A DNA stretch of 64,000 nucleotides from the human T2T-CHM13v2.0 reference genome, Homo sapiens. The stretch lies in assembly GCF_009914755.1 (NCBI RefSeq), contig NC_060926.1. The stretch is one strand, 5' to 3'. The position numbers were made by a program, and so were the translations under genes. Below are positions 59,563 through 64,000 of this stretch, piece after piece (position 1 is the stretch's first letter; each line of letters opens with the position of its first letter). The notes beneath the pieces were generated by a model. The model searched no databases, was not told the origin of the DNA, and was given only the letters and a program-made list of their open reading frames with translations.

Positions 59563-60954
59563 TCTAATAGGTTAATGGTACCTTCTTTCTCCTCAGATGG
59601 AATGTATCAAAAATAATATGGTTTCTTTTGTGAGTTGGGCTATCAACAGAACAGGGATAGACTGTTCAATTGGGAGCCACTCAAAATGGTGACATCGAGT
59701 TTGAGCACAAACAAATGCTGACCTCTGCCTTGGTTCTAAAATGCTGTTTCCTCTCTCCACAGCCAATAAAGCAATATTTTTATTTCCTTCAGTAACCCAT
59801 GATAGGTTTCAGTGAGTGAAAGTACTTCTGCAACAAATTCCACAAGCAAGGAATTGAAGAAAATGGGAGGTCCTGTCTATTAGCTCATTTTAAGCCAAGG
59901 ATAAAAGAAAAGTGTGGCTTTAAGAAGAAATAGAGACATTGGACCAAACTCTTTCTGGAGTTTAACTTTTAAAAAGTCCCACTTTCTGCTGATCTGGTTG
60001 AATAAAGCCTTTTGCCCTCTGCCTTGCACTTTTTTTGTTTCTTAATTTTTTTGTTGTCACTCTGTTCTACACACATGAACCACATTTGTTGTGAAATAGT
60101 CACTGATTTTTACAGGGGGAAAAAAAGCAACTATCTGACACATCATCAACATGTTGAGCAATTGATAAAAGTGTGGGACTTGGAATTTTGCTTTCTGAGA
60201 TCTTATGTGTTAACTCACTTTAGAACACATGTAAACATATAATTTTCTGAAGAATATGATTCAAATCTTACAAAATTCCCTTTTCTAGTGTTCACAGTAA
60301 TCAGATTATTTTATCTTTACATGCCACTTGTTTTTTTGTTTTCTGAATCATCTTAAATTTGCTTTTATACCTATTCTTTCTTTCAATCTCTTAAAGCCTT
60401 TTCATAAATTGTTAATATTTCCAATTAAGCTTTAGATTCTGTTCCAATAAACAGATTTGAATTGAGTTGTGAAAGACTTTGTTAATTCAATAAGGGTTAT
60501 TTTCAACAGAAAATAATGGGAGATTCCTAACGTACCATATGATGGTATGCTTAGATTTAATATCAATACCTATACTGGCTAACCTCCCTTTTGCTGATGG
60601 CACCCCTTAACCACAAATTTGTTCCCTGTGTATTAAGGATAACTCAGTTGTTTCTGTGATGCCTAGAGAAAGAGGGGCATATGCTAGAGAACAATATACA
60701 GTTGGAAAAGCAAGGAACATAATTTTTCTCTTAGAAACTTCAGCTTTGTAGTAGAATTAACATTAAATTTTTACCAGTGGTCCTCAACTTTCTCCAAACA
60801 TCAGGATCTTTAGTAGATTTTCTTCTTTGTCTAGTTTTAAAGCATATGCTTTCACTTCTCTTGTGACTTTTTCTCTTTAGGTTTACTCACTTTAAAAACT
60901 TATTTTAAATTTTACTTATTTTATTTATTTATTTATCCTTAAATTAGATTTTTA

Positions 60955-61115
60955 TTTATCTTTTTTAGAGACGCGGTCTTGCTCTGTCATCCAGGCTAGA
61001 GTGCAGTGACGCAATCATAGCTCACTGCAGCGTCAAAGCCCTGGACTCAAGCCATCCTCCATTCCTTGGCCTTCCTAAATGCTGGGATTAAAGGTACGAG
61101 CTACTGCACCCAGCC
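60955..61115 (-). mobile_element. Alu monomer (FRAM-like or AluJ arm fusion)
   Basis: gagacgcggtcttgctctgtcatccaggctagagtgcag...gctgggattaaaggtacgagctactgcacccagcc; degenerate TSD taaat(t)ag.ttttatt. Confidence 0.85.
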
Positions 61116-62711
61116 TAAATAGTTTTTATTCACCTTAATAAATACAACAAATAATGGCTGCATCATTGGTCAAAAATTCATGGCTCCAACTAAGAAAAAA
61201 AAAAGAATAGACAGAAACAATCATAATTCAGACAGATTATATTAACAAATTAAAACTATCCTGATAAAACCATAATACTTGTATCATTAACTTGTAGTGG
61301 TTGATTGGATTAAGAATTGCCCATAAATTTAGTATTTTCCAATAATGTTACAAAAACAAGATAACCTTTAAAAGTTTACTTAAACTCTTCTTTAAGAACA
61401 GCTCTGCTTTATTTTTCCTTTCGTTTCTTATGAAATACTGAAAACATGGAGTAGTTTTCTCTCTTTGAATTTACCAAATATAGGCAATATTTCACTGAAG
61501 TGAACTAGAATTTATGATTTTAAATTCTCAAGAAATGAACTGACTTAAATTTACACAAAATAAGGAAAGGAAAAAATTAAAAGACCTGGTGTTCTCTCTC
61601 TCACATTTATGGCAGAAGAAAAGAGAAAAAGAGAAGAATGGGAAGCAGATAGTACTATCAGCAACCACCATTCAATAGTGTCCATGAAGACAAAGTTTTT
61701 AATATATTACCTTTCAAAGTTGTATTTTGACATAGCATCTATGACAAGAAATGAAAAAAAAATTGCATTTTATTTTCTTACTTTTAAAAGAAGTAGAACT
61801 ATGCTGTTACAGAAAAGTGAATTGCTTCCTAGCTGTACGAGCATACTTGTGTTTAGGTTCTTTTGTTCATTTGGTGCGACTATGCTTATATTTCTTAGTT
61901 TTTACTGTCATAGTCACAGTGTCAGAGATAAATTGAAATTGTTTGCACCTAAAGAAGCTCCAGAAAAACAGAGGTGGAGATTGAAGAAGGGGAAAGGAAG
62001 AGAAAGCTAGAACTTTTTTGTAATTGTTTTTGCTCAAAGTGCCCTGATTAGTACAAATGAAATATGCTGTATTAGCCTTAGTTTATAGCTAAGAATTTCT
62101 AATGCTTCATAGCTTCTATATACAAAGAGAAATTGCTGTGACTTATCGATCTTTGTGAATTACTTAACTCTTCATAGTCTGGAACATAAAGTAGCTCCAC
62201 AACAAAAAATTGCCCAATGTCAAAAGCAGACTAGAAACTATAGTGAGTCAGGGTGTTCTAGGTGCTTGATGATTGTTTATAATCAACTGAAAGCCTGATT
62301 ACATGCTTTCTTCACACTTCAAGAAGCTAAAGAAGCTATGTTGTCAGATGAATTTCCAAACTGAAAGCATTCATTCACCTTTTGATTCTCTAAACTGACC
62401 CCAGTGTTTCTTCCAAAGTTACTCGGAAAAAATATTTCTAACCTTCTTTTCTCCTTCAGGTCATTTATGATATAGCCATCTGCTGCATTCCCTGTGTCTG
62501 GAGTTACCAAGCCATCCTTATATTATCTCAGTACCTGTGACAAAGTACCTAACCACTTGACTTTGTATTGCCCATTATGATTTTGGATTAACCAGGTGGA
62601 GTAGTGGAAAAGGTTAGGATATGCACAATGAAGTATTTAAAAATTAGAGAAACCAGAAGAAGAGCTTAGAATAAAATTCCTTAGTACACCTCATTTCCCC
62701 TTTTCAAACCA

Positions 62712-63030
62712 AATTAGCAATCCTTTATTCAACACCCTTTGGCCAGATGTGTTTCAGAATAAAGATTTTCTTTTTCAACTTCAGAAAAAGCAATATGGTG
62801 CATTCACTACATGTCAGGGAACACTCACAGTGGGTTCTAGGAGGACACTCTGTCATCAAGCACATTAACATAACTGCAACAAAGTAGTTTAATAATCACA
62901 TAAAGTAGAATAAAGACTATCAATGGCCACACAACTGCTCTGGTCCAGTTTTACTGCCAAATAAATTATGAAATTTTTTTGGCTTTCAAAGCTATTTGAA
63001 TACCAAATTTTGGATAGTGGATAGACTTAT
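62712..63030. mobile_element. MER46C (TcMar-Tigger MITE)
   Basis: caatcctttattcaacacccttt ggccagatgtgtttcagaat...aataaagactatcaatggcc...ttttactgccaaat. Confidence 0.75.
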
Positions 63031-64000
63031 AATTATTTTTCCTCTTGATATTTTAAAGGCAGTGCTTTCATAGTAGCTGCAAATATTGATATACCATTAC
63101 TGAAACAAAACAAACAAATAAACAAAAAACTTGTTGGCTTGATTCTTTTATAGTTATTTGATTTTTAAAAAATAACTCTTCAAGTGGTTTGAAAATTATG
63201 ATACAGGGACTGGAGCAGCTATTCTGCACTTCTAAAAGATAGGACTGATTGAAGTGATATGACACTTCAGGAGATAAGATTAGGAGAACATTTACTAACC
63301 ACACTGTACCTTTTGGAATTGTTAGACATTAAAGGAAAATGATCCTAGAAGATGAGAAAATAGTCCTCTCAATAGAAAGAGAAAACACATACAGACAATT
63401 GTGTAAATGGAATAATTATATTTGGTTTCTACTCAAGGGCATGAGCGCCCGTATATTTATAATACTGTGAATAACATTCTCAAACTATATATCCTGACTG
63501 TGACAGACCCATCACTGCCATTTCATTAATACCAATGATTTGCTTTTTCCTCATTTCATCCATATCCACCATCCAGAATGTATTCACACGATGCCTTAGG
63601 TATAAAGTGGCAGCTTGTCTACTCTTTTCAGTTACAAGTTTCTATATTTATTGACTTTACATGTGGTTAAATTGTCTTATTTAAGAAAAATATATTGTTG
63701 ACAATAACAGTAATTACACAGTCATTGTTTCAATCTGGCTGTATAAATCATTGTGATTTAACCTACAGTAGTAATAAAAATAAATGATATTGTTTTTGGT
63801 TCATTACTGCTGATCTAATAAAATGTAATGAATTTAGAAATTTCCTGAGTGAAACAGTCTCATAAAAATAACAATTTACTAATGGTGCTGTAACATCCCA
63901 TGTGAATGAATGAAGAAAAAAATAGCCATTTTAATAAAAATCTATCTTTAAGAAAATGTCTTCCTCATTTTTTTCATCTTCTTTCTTCTAGTCCAAATGC

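Noticed and set aside
59455-59579. CRISPR-like repeat-spacer appearance (17-bp repeats, 37-bp spacers)
   Set aside because: The spacers are identical 5S rRNA fragments, the context is primate DNA and there are no cas genes; explained as TSD plus duplication.
61609-62010. 133-aa ATG-initiated ORF
   Set aside because: Composition mirrors the AT-rich DNA (K/F/L/S rich), with no domain and no supporting gene structure.

Overview
AT-rich, gene-poor primate genomic DNA, almost certainly human: it carries a human-specific L1HS with pre-Ta diagnostic bases. The window is intergenic or deep intronic. I recognise no cellular protein-coding exon, and nearly all ORFs in the track are chance or Alu-derived; the only real coding remnants are two pieces of LINE-1 ORF2. 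Interspersed repeats dominate: 11 Alus plus an Alu monomer, L1s of several ages, L2, MIR, solo LTRs and DNA-transposon MITEs. Subfamily names are recalled from consensus sequences and need RepeatMasker/Dfam confirmation. I see no evidence for a new multi-gene system. The best second-look items are: (1) a tailless 37-nt 5S rRNA retrocopy later duplicated through its own 17-bp TSD (59455-59579); (2) a pre-Ta L1HS with a twin-priming inversion and a 25-nt putative 3' transduction, nested in a MER47A inside a MIR (30238-33022); (3) an ancient L1MA 5' UTR retaining a CpG-rich, YY1/Sp-site-bearing promoter-like block (52500-53470); (4) an AluYe-type copy with a tight G>A cluster; (5) a near-perfect 3x121-bp tandem repeat; (6) a chimeric, internally deleted Alu with intact TSDs; (7) three MER1B copies within 29 kb.
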